Assembly (NCBI GenBank): GCA_025356085.1
Contig: JANXUV010000218.1
Span: 1-63,556, forward strand
From: Betaproteobacteria bacterium
Lineage (GTDB): Bacteria > Pseudomonadota > Gammaproteobacteria > Burkholderiales > SG8-39
DNA length: 63,556 nt
Reading direction: 5' to 3'
Shown here: positions 1-10,130 of the stretch, piece by piece
How positions within the stretch are numbered: position 1 is the stretch's first letter
Layout of the letters: each line of letters starts with the position of its first letter
Notes under the pieces: generated by a model
What the model was told of the DNA's origin: nothing
The model's database searches: none
The model's input: the letters and a program-made list of their open reading frames with translations, nothing else
Translations under genes and position numbers: made by a program

Positions 1-81
1 GTTATGGCTGAAATGCCCGAGGCTGGTGACGAAGTACGCCATCGCCAGAGCGAGAAACAGCTTCGGGAGATCTTTATCCAA
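1..81 (-). CDS. Hypothetical membrane protein, N-terminus only (runs off window start)
   Basis: Manual minus-strand translation from TTG at 81 gives MDKDLPKLFLALAMAYFVTSLGHFSHN; hydrophobic and starts 4 nt after the GNAT stop. Confidence 0.45.
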   Translation of the reverse strand, partial: MDKDLPKLFLALAMAYFVTSLGHFSHN

Positions 82-85
82 AGTC

Positions 86-556
86 TCAGGCGTCCGGATA
101 CACGGTGTAACGAACGAAGTCGCTATGCGGCGTGAACTTGTCGTACAGGCCCCGGGCGCGGTAATTGTTCAGCCTCGTGTGCCAATAGAGCCTGGACCAG
201 CCCTCGCGTTTCTTTTCGGCCACCAGCCAGCCGATCAGCCGCTCGCCGACCCCGGCCGCGCGTTGCGCGGGATCGACGAACAAGTCCCCCAGGTAGCAGA
301 CCGGGGTAAGTCCCAGCGTGTGCTCGTGGATGACGTAGTTGGCGATGCCGATGACCCCGTTCTTTCGATCCTCGGCGACGATCGCATGGATCGGCGACGC
401 TTCGTCCACGATGCGCGCCCAGGTGTGGCGGGTAAGCGGCTTCGAAAGGGTGCGCTTGTAGAAACGGCAGTAGCCGTCGAACAACTCGCGCCAGCGCTTT
501 TCATCTCTCGCTGCGGCCCTGCGAACCGTTACCTTTCGAGGAAGCGTTTTTGGCAT
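86..556 (-). CDS. GNAT family N-acetyltransferase
   Basis: CYLGDLFVDPAQRAAGVGERLI acetyl-CoA motif; LYWHT..NNYRARGLYDK. Confidence 0.88.
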   Translation of the reverse strand: MPKTLPRKVTVRRAAARDEKRWRELFDGYCRFYKRTLSKPLTRHTWARIVDEASPIHAIVAEDRKNGVIGIANYVIHEHTLGLTPVCYLGDLFVDPAQRAAGVGERLIGWLVAEKKREGWSRLYWHTRLNNYRARGLYDKFTPHSDFVRYTVYPDA

Positions 557-588
557 TCGCGGGTGGCGGCTCGCCGATTGACGCGGGT

Positions 589-1779
589 CTAGTTGAAAGC
601 CTGGATGCCGGTGATCGCGCGGCCGAGGATGAGGGCGTGGATGTCGTGGGTGCCTTCGTAGGTGTTGACGACTTCCAGGTTGACGAGGTGGCGGGCGACG
701 CCGAATTCATCGGAGATGCCGTTGCCGCCCATCATGTCGCGCGCAACGCGCGCGATGTCGAGTGATTTGCCGCAGGAGTTGCGCTTCATGATGGAGGTGA
801 TCTCGACCGAGGCGCTGCCTTCGTCCTTCATGCGGCCGAGGCGCAGGCAGCCTTGCAGGCCGAGAGTGATTTCGGTTTGCATGTCGGCGAGTTTTTTCTG
901 GATCAGCTGGTTGGCGGCCAGCGGCCGGCCGAACTGCTTGCGGTCGAGCACGTACTGGCGCGAGCGGTGCCAGCAGTCTTCGGCGGCGCCGAGCGCGCCC
1001 CAGGCGATGCCGTAGCGCGCGGAGTTGAGGCAGGTGAACGGGCCTTTGAGGCCGCGCACTTCGGGGAAGGCGTTTTCTTCGGGGCAGAACACGTTGTCCA
1101 TCACGATCTCGCCGGTGATCGAGGCGCGCAGGCCGACCTTGCCGTGGATCGCGGGCGCCGACAGGCCCTGGGCGCCTTTGTCCAACACGAATCCGCGGAT
1201 CGCGCCCTCGTCATCTTTCGCCCAGACCACGAACACGTCGGCGATGGGGGAGTTGGAGATCCACATCTTCGAGCCGCTCAAGCTGTAGCCGCCCTTGGTT
1301 TTCTTCGCGCGCGTCACCATCGAGGCGGGATCGGAGCCGTGGTTCGGCTCAGTGAGGCCGAAGCAGCCGATCCACTCGCCGCTGGCGAGCTTAGGCAGGT
1401 ATTTTTTCTTCGTCTCTTCGTTGCCGAATTCGAAGATCGGCACCATCACGAGCGACGACTGCACGCTCATCATCGAGCGGTAGCCCGAGTCCACGCGCTC
1501 GACTTCGCGCGCGATGAGGCCGTAGGAGACATAGTTGAGCCCCGGGCCGCCGTACTGCTCTGGAATGGTCGGCCCGAGCAGGCCGAGCGCGCCCATCTCG
1601 GGAAAGATCTCCGGGTCGGTTTTCTCATTGCGGAAGGCCTGGACTACCCGGGGTGCGAGCTTGTCCTGGCAGTAGGCGCGCGCGGCATCGCGCACCATGC
1701 GCTCGTCTTCGGTGAGCTGCTGGTCGAGGAGGAGAGGGTCGTCCCAGACGAATTTCGCTTTGATCTTCTCGCGTTTCAT
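589..1779 (-). CDS. gcdH: Glutaryl-CoA dehydrogenase
   Basis: [51 protein letters not shown]; ATG at 1779 overlaps the thiolase stop (ATGA). Confidence 0.93.
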   Translation of the reverse strand: MKREKIKAKFVWDDPLLLDQQLTEDERMVRDAARAYCQDKLAPRVVQAFRNEKTDPEIFPEMGALGLLGPTIPEQYGGPGLNYVSYGLIAREVERVDSGYRSMMSVQSSLVMVPIFEFGNEETKKKYLPKLASGEWIGCFGLTEPNHGSDPASMVTRAKKTKGGYSLSGSKMWISNSPIADVFVVWAKDDEGAIRGFVLDKGAQGLSAPAIHGKVGLRASITGEIVMDNVFCPEENAFPEVRGLKGPFTCLNSARYGIAWGALGAAEDCWHRSRQYVLDRKQFGRPLAANQLIQKKLADMQTEITLGLQGCLRLGRMKDEGSASVEITSIMKRNSCGKSLDIARVARDMMGGNGISDEFGVARHLVNLEVVNTYEGTHDIHALILGRAITGIQAFN

Positions 1780-2984
1780 TTGACGTTCTCCAGGATCACG
1801 GCGAGGCCCTGGCCAACGCCGATGCAGAGCGACACCGCGGCGTATTTCGAGCCGGTTTCCTGCAGCTGGCGCGATACGGTGAGCGCGAGGCGCGCGCCGG
1901 AGCAACCGAGCGGGTGGCCGATGGCGATGGCGCCGCCGTTCGGATTCACGCGCGGGTCCTTGAAATCCACCTTCAGTAGCGCGAGGCAGCCCAGCACCTG
2001 GCTGGCGAAGGCCTCATTGATCTCGATGACATCCATGTCTTTCAGCGACAGCTTCGCGCGCTCGAGCGCCTTCGGGATCGCGAAGGCGGGCCCGACGCCC
2101 ATGATGCGCGGCTCCACCGCGGCGGAGGCAGCGGAGAGGATTTTCGCGATTGGCTTCTTGCCGTTTTTCTCGCCCCAGGCCCTGCTGGCGACGATCAGCG
2201 CGGCCGCGCCGTCGTTGACGCCGGAGGCGTTGCCCGCGGTGACCACGCCGCCTTCGTAAAGCGCTTTCAGCCTGGTCAGCGATTCCATGGTGGAGTCGCG
2301 GCGCGGGTGCTCGTCCTGCGCCACTATGGTGGGAGGGAAATCCTTCTTCTTGGCCGGAAGTGAAATGGGAAGAATTTCGCCCTTGTAAAACCCCTCCGCT
2401 TCCGCCTTCGCGTATTTCTTCTGCGAAGCGAGCGCGAATTCGTCGGCCTGCTCGCGCGAGACGCCGAATTCCTTCGCCACGTTGTCGCCGGTCTCCGGCA
2501 TCGCCTGGTCGCCGTACATTTTCTTGAAGCGCGGATTGGTGAAGCGGGAACCGATGGTGGTGTCGTACATCCTCACGTCGCGCGAGTAGGGCGAATCGGA
2601 CTTGCCCATCACGAAGGGTGCGCGCGACATGCTCTCGACGCCGCCGGCGATGTACAGCTCGCCTTCGCCGGCAGTAATGGCGCGCGCGGCGTCGGTCACC
2701 GCCTGCAGGCCGGAGGCGCACAGGCGGTTGACGGTGATGCCGGGCACGCTGGGCGGCAGTCCGGCCATCAGCGTGGCGAAGCGCGCGACGTTGCGGCAAT
2801 CCTCGCCCGCCTGCGTCACGCAACCGAGCACCACGTCGCTGATGTCCTCCGGCTTGACGCCGTTCCTCTTCACCACCTCGGCGATCACTTCACCGGCAAG
2901 ATCGTCGGGGCGCAGGCCGGCAAGCTTGCCGGCGTGGCGGCCGATGGGGGAACGGATGCCGTCGTATATGTATGCGTCGAGCAT
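1776..2984 (-). CDS. Acetyl-CoA C-acyltransferase (3-oxoadipyl-CoA thiolase-like, PcaF/PaaJ group)
   Basis: NRLCASG catalytic Cys, [22 protein letters not shown] thiolase motifs. Confidence 0.92.
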   Translation of the reverse strand: MLDAYIYDGIRSPIGRHAGKLAGLRPDDLAGEVIAEVVKRNGVKPEDISDVVLGCVTQAGEDCRNVARFATLMAGLPPSVPGITVNRLCASGLQAVTDAARAITAGEGELYIAGGVESMSRAPFVMGKSDSPYSRDVRMYDTTIGSRFTNPRFKKMYGDQAMPETGDNVAKEFGVSREQADEFALASQKKYAKAEAEGFYKGEILPISLPAKKKDFPPTIVAQDEHPRRDSTMESLTRLKALYEGGVVTAGNASGVNDGAAALIVASRAWGEKNGKKPIAKILSAASAAVEPRIMGVGPAFAIPKALERAKLSLKDMDVIEINEAFASQVLGCLALLKVDFKDPRVNPNGGAIAIGHPLGCSGARLALTVSRQLQETGSKYAAVSLCIGVGQGLAVILENVK

Positions 2985-2988
2985 GGGG

Positions 2989-4482
2989 TTACTCCGGTGT
3001 TAAAAGCGAAATGCCTAGCTTGGCCCTTCTCTTGAGCCACGGGCTTGGGCGATAACGTGGCTCACCATAGAAATTCTGCATGGCCTCAAGGATCGCGAGG
3101 ATCTTGGGCGCGCCAATGGCATCGCCCATTCCCAAGGGCCCCTTCGGATAGCCCAGGCCCAGCATCACCGCGGAATCCAGATCCTCCGGAGTAGCGATGC
3201 GCTGCTGCACGATGTCGCAGCCGACGTTGACGATGTGCGCCACCACCCGCTGCGCGACGAAGCCCGCCGAATCGCAGATCACCGACACCGGCACGCCATC
3301 GGAGGCGAGTAGCGCGTGCGCCGCGTCGCGCACTTCCGGCTTCGTCACCGGCGTGGTCATCAGCGTGCGGCGTTTCGTGAAGCCGAAGAGGGGGTCGATG
3401 GCCACTGTGTTTTCCGCCTTCAATTGCAATTGAATTGCCGTTGACGTGGCGTCATGCCCCAGAGGGGCAACAAAGCAAATCGTGTCAGGGTCGGGTTTGC
3501 TTTCGATGTTCGCGAATTTGGAAAGAAAATCTTTCAGTTCTGGAACACACCAAACCGGCATTGAAGTTTTTTTAGGTATTTCTTTTTCCAATATTTTTTC
3601 GGCCACTCCATCTTTCCCATACTTGTACCAGCCCCTTCCAGTTTTTCTTCCCAACAAGCCCGCCGCCACGCGCGGGTCGGCAAGGTATGAAGGCTGATAC
3701 TTGGGTTCGCCGTAGTACTGGCCGTGCATGGACTTCATCACGCCGTGCGCGATGTCCAGGCCGACCAGATCGAGCAGACCAAACGGCCCCAGCCTGAAGC
3801 CCGCCGCGTCGACGAGGATCCGGTCGATGCTGGCGAAATCCGCGATGCCTTCCTGCAGCACGCGCAACGACTCCGGCACGTAGCCGCGGCCGGCGTGGTT
3901 GACGATGAAGCCCGGCGTGTCCTTGCAGCGCACCGGCTTGTGGCCGTAGCGTTTCGCCAGCGCCACCAGCGCGTCGCCGACCCAGGGTTCGGTGAGTTCG
4001 CCGTCCACCACCTCGACGATCTTCATCACCGGCACCGGATTGAAGAAGTGGTAGCCGGCGACGCGCCCCGGTTTCGCGCAGGCCGAGGCCATCGCGGTCA
4101 CCGACAGCGACGAAGTGTTCGAAGCGAGGATGCAGGATTCGGCAACCACGGCCTCCAGCGCCTTGAAAAGCTCCTGCTTGGGCGCGAGCAGCTCGATGAT
4201 GGCCTCCACCACCACGTGGCAGGGCTTGAGCGCCGCGAGCGCATCGACGATTTCGATGCGCGCGAGCGCGGCGTCCGCGTCCGCCTGGGTGATGCGGCCC
4301 TTCTGCGCGACGGCGGCGAGGGATTTGCCGATGGCTTCCTTCGCCTTGGCGGCCGCCCCGGGCTGGGAATCGAATACCAGCGTGCGCACGCCGCACTGGG
4401 CGAGCACCTGCACGATGCCGCGCCCCATGGTGCCGCTGCCGGCGACGCCGGCGACAAGATCTGCGCGCTGAATATCGAGCAT
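2989..4482 (-). CDS. paaH: 3-hydroxyacyl-CoA dehydrogenase (PaaH-like, duplicated C-terminal domain)
   Basis: GSGTMG Rossmann motif, SNTSSLS, HFFNPVP, DTPGFIVN, second LGYPKGP domain. Confidence 0.88.
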   Translation of the reverse strand: MLDIQRADLVAGVAGSGTMGRGIVQVLAQCGVRTLVFDSQPGAAAKAKEAIGKSLAAVAQKGRITQADADAALARIEIVDALAALKPCHVVVEAIIELLAPKQELFKALEAVVAESCILASNTSSLSVTAMASACAKPGRVAGYHFFNPVPVMKIVEVVDGELTEPWVGDALVALAKRYGHKPVRCKDTPGFIVNHAGRGYVPESLRVLQEGIADFASIDRILVDAAGFRLGPFGLLDLVGLDIAHGVMKSMHGQYYGEPKYQPSYLADPRVAAGLLGRKTGRGWYKYGKDGVAEKILEKEIPKKTSMPVWCVPELKDFLSKFANIESKPDPDTICFVAPLGHDATSTAIQLQLKAENTVAIDPLFGFTKRRTLMTTPVTKPEVRDAAHALLASDGVPVSVICDSAGFVAQRVVAHIVNVGCDIVQQRIATPEDLDSAVMLGLGYPKGPLGMGDAIGAPKILAILEAMQNFYGEPRYRPSPWLKRRAKLGISLLTPE

Positions 4483-4491
4483 GGAGTGCTA

Positions 4492-4508
4492 ATTCTAGAG
4501 GATATAAT
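4492..4508. promoter_or_regulatory. Putative back-to-back -10 elements: TAGAAT (minus, 4492-4497) and TATAAT (plus, 4503-4508)
   Basis: Hexamers read directly in the short divergent paaH/USP intergenic; no clear -35. Confidence 0.4.
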
Positions 4509-4545
4509 TCCTCGGGCAGATCACGCACGACCTGAGGAGGCGGGC

Positions 4546-4986
4546 ATGAAGTATCGCAAGATTCTTCTCGCATACAACGGCTCAGCAGAGGGCAAGCGCG
4601 CCCTGTTCGAGGCGGCCGACCTGGCCGGCTTTCTGAATGCCGAAACGCATCTGCTCGCAGTGGCCAGCATGCCGCCGAGCCTCTTTCTCACCGAGGGCTT
4701 CGTGCCCGAGGAACTGCTCGAGGAAGAAAAGAAGCGCACTCAAACAGTGCTCGACGAGGGCATCAAGTCCCTCACCGACAAAGGGTTCAAGGCGCAGGGC
4801 CATCTCGCGGTCGGCGAGCCGGTGGAGGAAATCTGCCGTGCCGCCAAGGAGGTAGGCGCGGACGTGATTGTGATCGGGCACAACCAGAGCACGTCTTGGG
4901 CCGCGCGCTGGTGGAAAGGTTCGGTCGGCGCTTCGCTTTTGGACTACGCGCCGTGCAGCATATTGATTGCCCTATCCAAGACATAG
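4546..4986 (+). CDS. Universal stress protein (USP family)
   Basis: MKYRKILLAYNGS, ADVIVIG, GSVGASLLDYAPCSILI; GAGGAGG RBS upstream. Confidence 0.9.
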   Translation: MKYRKILLAYNGSAEGKRALFEAADLAGFLNAETHLLAVASMPPSLFLTEGFVPEELLEEEKKRTQTVLDEGIKSLTDKGFKAQGHLAVGEPVEEICRAAKEVGADVIVIGHNQSTSWAARWWKGSVGASLLDYAPCSILIALSKT

Positions 4987-5009
4987 AAATTTCATGGAAA
5001 ATCTCTGCC

Positions 5010-7346
5010 ATGACTCCATTCGGCAGGGCACCAAAGGGCAGGCTCGAAGACGGGCGCATGCTCACCGGGAAGGGGCGCTACGTTTCCGACTGGATGCTGC
5101 CTAACCAGGCCTGCGGGCATTTCCTGCGCTCTGACCGGCCGCATGCGCGGATTCTCTCGATCGATGCATCCGCGGCGTTGGCGATGCCGGGAGTGATCGC
5201 CGTGATCACCGGCAAGGAGCTCGCGGACGCGGGACTGAAACCGATTCCGGCCGCCGCGCCGTTCAAGTGGAGCGACGGCTCCGAGCAGCGGCCGGCTTTG
5301 CGCCTGTCGCTTGCGCACGAGGTGGTGCGCCACGTTGGAGAACCCGTCGCCCTGGTGGTGGCGGAGACCGCGGCCCAAGCGCAGGACGCCGCCGAGGCGG
5401 TGGCCGTCGAGTTCGAAGAGCTGCCGTCGGTGACCAAGCCCGCGCAGGCGCTCGCCAAGGGCGCGCCGCAGCTGCACGCCGGGGCGCCCGGCAACCTGGT
5501 GCTCGATTTCGAGGGCGGCGATGCGGCGGCGACCAACGCCGCGTTCGCCAAGGCCGCGAAAATCGTGAAGCTGCACGCCTATCACTCGCGCGTGGTGGGC
5601 AATCCGATGGAGCCGCGCGCCGCCATGGGCTCCTACGATGCCGCGAAGGACATGTACTTCCTGCACGGGACGACCCAGGGCGTCGGGCCGATGCGCGGCC
5701 AGCTCTCCGCCGTGCTTGGCGTCGCGCCGGAGAAGGTGCGCGTGGTGGCGGAGGAAGTGGGCGGCGGCTTCGGCGTGCGCTTCAACGCCTACCCGGAGTA
5801 CGGCGCGCTGCTGTACGCGGCGAAAAAGCTCGGCCGCCCGGTGAAGTGGGTCGGCTCGCGCTCCGAAGTGTTCCTCGGCGACGAGCAGGCGCGCGACATC
5901 GTGCACTCGGGTGAACTCGCGCTCGATGCCGGCGGCCGTATCCTCGGCATGCGCTTCGACTACCTCTCCAACCTCGGCGCCTACGTCGCCTTCACCGGCA
6001 CCGTCGTCAATACCATCGGCCTGGTGAACGTGAACTGCGGCGTCTACGACGTGCAGGCCGTGCATGTGCGTGGACGCATGGTGCTCACCAATACCGTGCC
6101 GACCGCCGCCTACCGCGGCGCGGGCCGTCCGGTGGCGTCCTACGCGCTCGAGTGCCTGATCGACAAGGCGGCGCTCGAACTCGGGCTCGATCCGGCCGAG
6201 TTCCGCCGCCGCAACATGATCCCGAAGGCGAAGATGCCCTACAAGCTGGCGGGCGGCTTCGAATATGACTGCGGAGATTTTGAGGGTGTCATGGATAAAG
6301 CTCTTTCCGCTTCCGGATGGAAAAGCTTTGCAGAACGCAAGGCAACATCCAAGGCAAACGGAAAATTGCGCGGCCGCGGCATCGCCACCTACATCGAGAT
6401 GACCGCACCGGGTGGCTTCGCGCCCTACGACCAGGCGCACATCACCTGGGAGGAGGACGGCGGCGTTACCCTGCGCACGGCGTCGCACAACCACGGCCAG
6501 AGCCACGAGACCACCTTCGCGCAGATCGTTTCCGGCGTGCTCGGCATTCCGATGGAGAAGATCCGCCTGCGTACCGCCGAGCCGGAATTCAACCTGACGG
6601 CGAATCCGACTGGCGGCTCGCGCACGCTGCACGGCCTGGGCAGCGCGATGTTCTCCGCCTCGCAGGAAATCGTCAAGAACGGCATGAAGCTCGCGGCCGA
6701 GGCGATGGAAAGTGCCGAGATGGACCTGGAATTTTCTTCGGGTAATTACAAGATAAAAGGAACGGACAGAAACATCAGCATTTCCGCCCTGGCGAAGAAG
6801 TACCCCGGCAAGCTGGATCTCGACTACAAGGACCGGCCGAAAGTGCCCGGCACCTTCCCCAACGGCTGCCACATCGCCGAGGTCGAGATCGATCCCGAGA
6901 CGGGGGAGACCGAGATCGTCTCCTACGTCGCCTGCGACGATGTGGGGAACATCATCAATCACCAGGTGGTCGAGGGCCAGATGCAGGGCGGCGTCACGCA
7001 GGGCGCGGGCCACATCTTCTTCGAGCAGGCGGTCTACGACGACTCGGGCCAGCTGCTCACCGGCAGCTTCATGGATTACGCCATGCCGCGCGCGGGTCTG
7101 GTCGGCGGGCTGGCGGTGATCGACCACGCCGTGCCGACCGCGACCAATCCGCTAGGCGCAAAGGGCGTGGGCGAGGGCGGCGTCACCGGCTCGATGCCCT
7201 GCCTCATGAATGCCGTGATGGATGCATTGCGCCAGGCAGGTGTAAAACGCTTCGATATGCCCGCCAATCAGCAGCGCGTCTGGGCCGCGATCCGGGCGGC
7301 GAAGGCCGGCCAACCCGAAGCGCTGGCGGTCGGCGCGGAAGCGTGA
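5010..7346 (+). CDS. Xanthine dehydrogenase family molybdopterin-binding large subunit (CoxL form II-like)
   Basis: RLEDGRMLTGKGRY, VGGGFG, AYRGAGRP, GQSHETTFAQ, EGQMQGG, GAKGVGEGG. Confidence 0.9.
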   Translation: MTPFGRAPKGRLEDGRMLTGKGRYVSDWMLPNQACGHFLRSDRPHARILSIDASAALAMPGVIAVITGKELADAGLKPIPAAAPFKWSDGSEQRPALRLSLAHEVVRHVGEPVALVVAETAAQAQDAAEAVAVEFEELPSVTKPAQALAKGAPQLHAGAPGNLVLDFEGGDAAATNAAFAKAAKIVKLHAYHSRVVGNPMEPRAAMGSYDAAKDMYFLHGTTQGVGPMRGQLSAVLGVAPEKVRVVAEEVGGGFGVRFNAYPEYGALLYAAKKLGRPVKWVGSRSEVFLGDEQARDIVHSGELALDAGGRILGMRFDYLSNLGAYVAFTGTVVNTIGLVNVNCGVYDVQAVHVRGRMVLTNTVPTAAYRGAGRPVASYALECLIDKAALELGLDPAEFRRRNMIPKAKMPYKLAGGFEYDCGDFEGVMDKALSASGWKSFAERKATSKANGKLRGRGIATYIEMTAPGGFAPYDQAHITWEEDGGVTLRTASHNHGQSHETTFAQIVSGVLGIPMEKIRLRTAEPEFNLTANPTGGSRTLHGLGSAMFSASQEIVKNGMKLAAEAMESAEMDLEFSSGNYKIKGTDRNISISALAKKYPGKLDLDYKDRPKVPGTFPNGCHIAEVEIDPETGETEIVSYVACDDVGNIINHQVVEGQMQGGVTQGAGHIFFEQAVYDDSGQLLTGSFMDYAMPRAGLVGGLAVIDHAVPTATNPLGAKGVGEGGVTGSMPCLMNAVMDALRQAGVKRFDMPANQQRVWAAIRAAKAGQPEALAVGAEA

Positions 7347-8224
7347 AACGCGCCTCCCTCTATAGCAGTTCGCGCCCGAAGGCGAAGAGTGAAGTTGTGG
7401 TTGTGAAGAAAGCGGTTATCAAGCCGAAGTTCAAAGAAACCCTTCGTAAATACCGTGTACCCCTGATCGCCGCGCTGCCGGGCCTGGCGGCGCTGGTGTT
7501 CGTGCTGCTGCAGTCGGGGCTCGCGCCCAGGCAGGCCGAGCTCACGCAGGAAGACATCGACGCCGCGGTGGCGAAGGCGCTTGAGACCGTGCAGGTTCCC
7601 TCGCATTCGGCCAAGGCCTTCGAAGCGGTGCGCGGCTCGGTCGTCCGCGTGCGGGCATTCCATGACGGCCCGGACGGCGGCGAAATCCAGGCCGGCGTCG
7701 GCAGCGGCGTGGTGATCCTCGACAAGGGCGTGATCCTCACCAATATCCACGTGGTGGCCGGCGCCAGGCGCATCAGCGTCACTTTTGCCGAGGGCATGGA
7801 GTCGGATGCGGTGGTCACCGGCACGCGGCCCGAAGACGACCTGGCGGTGCTGCAGGCGGCCGCCATTCCGGATGACCTGATGGCGGCGACGCTGCAGTCG
7901 ACCAGCGGCCTTTCGCCCGGCGACTACGTGACGGCGGTCGGTTTCCCGTTCGGCATCGGCCCCTCGGTCACTTCCGGCGTGGTGTCGGGCCTGAAGCGCG
8001 AATACCGCACGCCCGAAGGCCAGCGGCTGCTGACCAACCTGATCCAGTTCGATGCCGCGGTGAATCCCGGCAATTCCGGCGGACCGCTGCTGAACGCCTC
8101 GGGCGAGGTGGTCGGCATCGTCACCGGAATCCTCAACCCGACCCAGCAGCGCGTATTCGTCGGCATCGGCTTCGCGGTGCCGATCGAGAACGCGGCGATG
8201 GCGGTCGGCGTGCCGCCGTTCTGA
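7343..8224 (+). CDS. Membrane-anchored trypsin-like S1C serine protease lacking a PDZ domain
   Basis: Triad TNIHVV / DDLAVL / NPGNSGGP; N-terminal hydrophobic segment; ends right after IGFAVPI. Confidence 0.88.
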   Translation: MKRASLYSSSRPKAKSEVVVVKKAVIKPKFKETLRKYRVPLIAALPGLAALVFVLLQSGLAPRQAELTQEDIDAAVAKALETVQVPSHSAKAFEAVRGSVVRVRAFHDGPDGGEIQAGVGSGVVILDKGVILTNIHVVAGARRISVTFAEGMESDAVVTGTRPEDDLAVLQAAAIPDDLMAATLQSTSGLSPGDYVTAVGFPFGIGPSVTSGVVSGLKREYRTPEGQRLLTNLIQFDAAVNPGNSGGPLLNASGEVVGIVTGILNPTQQRVFVGIGFAVPIENAAMAVGVPPF

Positions 8225-9208
8225 TTGGAGGAAAGCGTGGAAAAAATACTCTACGAAGTAAAGAAGATCGTCGTCGGCCAGGATCATTTCCTGGAGCGTG
8301 TGATGGTGGCGATGCTCGCCCAGGGCCACCTGCTGGTGGAGGGCGTGCCCGGCCTCGCCAAGACGCTGACGGTGAAGACGCTGGCGCGCACCATCCACGG
8401 CAGCTTCCGGCGCATCCAGTTCACGCCCGACCTGGTGCCGGCCGACCTGGTCGGCACTCGTATCTACAGCCAGAAGACGGGTGAATTCTCCACTTCGCTC
8501 GGACCGGTGTTCTGCAACCTGCTGCTCGCGGACGAAATCAACCGCGCGCCGGCCAAGGTGCAGAGCGCGCTGCTGGAAGTGATGCAGGAGCGCCAGGTGA
8601 CGATCGCCGGCGAGACTCACAAGGTGCCGGAACCGTTCCTGGTGATGGCGACGCAGAACCCGATCGAGACCGAGGGCACTTACCCGCTGCCCGAGGCGCA
8701 GGTGGACCGCTTCATGATGAAGGTCCTGGTCGGCTATCCGAGCGAGGAAGAGGAATTCGTCATCGTCGAGCGCGTTACCGGCATGGAGAACGCGGTGACC
8801 GCGGTGAGCAGCACCGAAGAGCTCGCCGCTTTGCAGCGCGAGTGCCGCAAGGTGTACGTCGATCCATCGCTGATCAAGTACGCGGTCAGGCTGGCCGCGG
8901 CGACCCGCGATCCGGCCGCGCACGGGCTGCCGGAGCTGGCGAAGTTCCTCTCGTTCGGCATCAGCCCGCGCGGGCCGATCCACCTGATCGAAGGCGCGCG
9001 CGCGCTGGCATCCCTGCGCAGCCGCACTTACGTGCTGCCGCAGGACGTGATCGACCTGGTGCCCGATGTGTTCCGCCACCGTCTCGTACTCACTTACGAG
9101 GCGCTCGCCGAGGCGATCACTGCCGACGAGCTGATCCATCGCTTGCTGCGCAAGATTCCGGCGCCCGAGAAGCCGCTGGAGACCCATGTCAACGTCGCCC
9201 ACTCGTAA
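8225..9208 (+). CDS. moxR: MoxR family AAA+ ATPase
   Basis: EGVPGLAKT, RIQFTPDLVPAD, LLADEINRAPAKVQSALLE, TYPLPEAQVDRF. Confidence 0.93.
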   Translation: MEESVEKILYEVKKIVVGQDHFLERVMVAMLAQGHLLVEGVPGLAKTLTVKTLARTIHGSFRRIQFTPDLVPADLVGTRIYSQKTGEFSTSLGPVFCNLLLADEINRAPAKVQSALLEVMQERQVTIAGETHKVPEPFLVMATQNPIETEGTYPLPEAQVDRFMMKVLVGYPSEEEEFVIVERVTGMENAVTAVSSTEELAALQRECRKVYVDPSLIKYAVRLAAATRDPAAHGLPELAKFLSFGISPRGPIHLIEGARALASLRSRTYVLPQDVIDLVPDVFRHRLVLTYEALAEAITADELIHRLLRKIPAPEKPLETHVNVAHS

Positions 9209-10130
9209 TCCTGCGAAAGCTGAGCTGATCCTGCGCCGGCTGGAGTGGACGGTAATCCGCCGTCTGGACGGCCTGCTGCATGGCGATTACCGGACCCTGA
9301 TCCGCGGCAACGGCCTGGACCTCGCCGACCTGCGCGAGTACCAGTACCACGACGATGTGCGGCACATCGACTGGAACGTCACCGCGCGCATGCAGACGCC
9401 TTATGTGCGCGAGTATCACGAGGACCGCGAGGTCACCGCCTGGTTCCTGCTCGATCTCAGCCCGTCGATCGACTTCGGCTCGGAGACCAAGAAGCGGTCT
9501 ATCTCCACCGAGTTCATCACCGTGCTCGCCCGCCTGCTGACGCGCCAGGGCAACCGCGTCGGCGCCCTCTTCTACGGCGACAAGGTGGATACCGTGATCC
9601 CCGCGCGCGGCGGCCGGCGCCACGTGCTCGGCGTGCTGCACCGGCTGCTGCAGCGGCCCGAGCTGCAGCGTTCGGAAGGCACCGACCTGCGAGCCTTCCT
9701 GCGCAGCGCCTACCAGGCGATGCCGCGCCGCTCGCTGGTCTTCATCGTCTCCGATTTTTTCAGCCGGCCCGGCTGGGCCGAGCCGCTCTCGCACCTCGCC
9801 CGCCGTCATGAAGTCGTCGCCGTGCGGCTGTACGATCCGCTGGAACGCGAGCTGCCCGATATGGGAATGCTGCTGATGCAGGATTCGGAAACCGGCGAAC
9901 AGCTGTTCGTCGATACGCACGACAAGGGCTTCCGCAAGCGCTTCGCCTCGGTGGCCGAGCGACGCGAGCGCGAGCTGCGCAGCGCGCTCGCGCGCGCCGG
10001 CGTGGATTGCCTCGAACTCGCCACCGACGGAGACCTGGTGGATGCGGTGATGCGCTTCGCCGACCTGCGCAAGCGCCGCAGCCGCCTGGCTGGCGGGGGC
10101 ATACCCCATCACCTGGAGAAGGTGGCGTGA
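9186..10130 (+). CDS. DUF58 domain protein (MoxR partner)
   Basis: DLREYQYHDDVRHIDWNVTAR, LLDLSPS, FIVSDF. Confidence 0.9.
   Translation: MSTSPTRNPAKAELILRRLEWTVIRRLDGLLHGDYRTLIRGNGLDLADLREYQYHDDVRHIDWNVTARMQTPYVREYHEDREVTAWFLLDLSPSIDFGSETKKRSISTEFITVLARLLTRQGNRVGALFYGDKVDTVIPARGGRRHVLGVLHRLLQRPELQRSEGTDLRAFLRSAYQAMPRRSLVFIVSDFFSRPGWAEPLSHLARRHEVVAVRLYDPLERELPDMGMLLMQDSETGEQLFVDTHDKGFRKRFASVAERRERELRSALARAGVDCLELATDGDLVDAVMRFADLRKRRSRLAGGGIPHHLEKVA

Noticed and set aside
5010-7346. Aerobic CO dehydrogenase (form I) call
   Set aside because: The motif is AYRGAGR rather than AYXCSFR, and no coxM/coxS genes are adjacent
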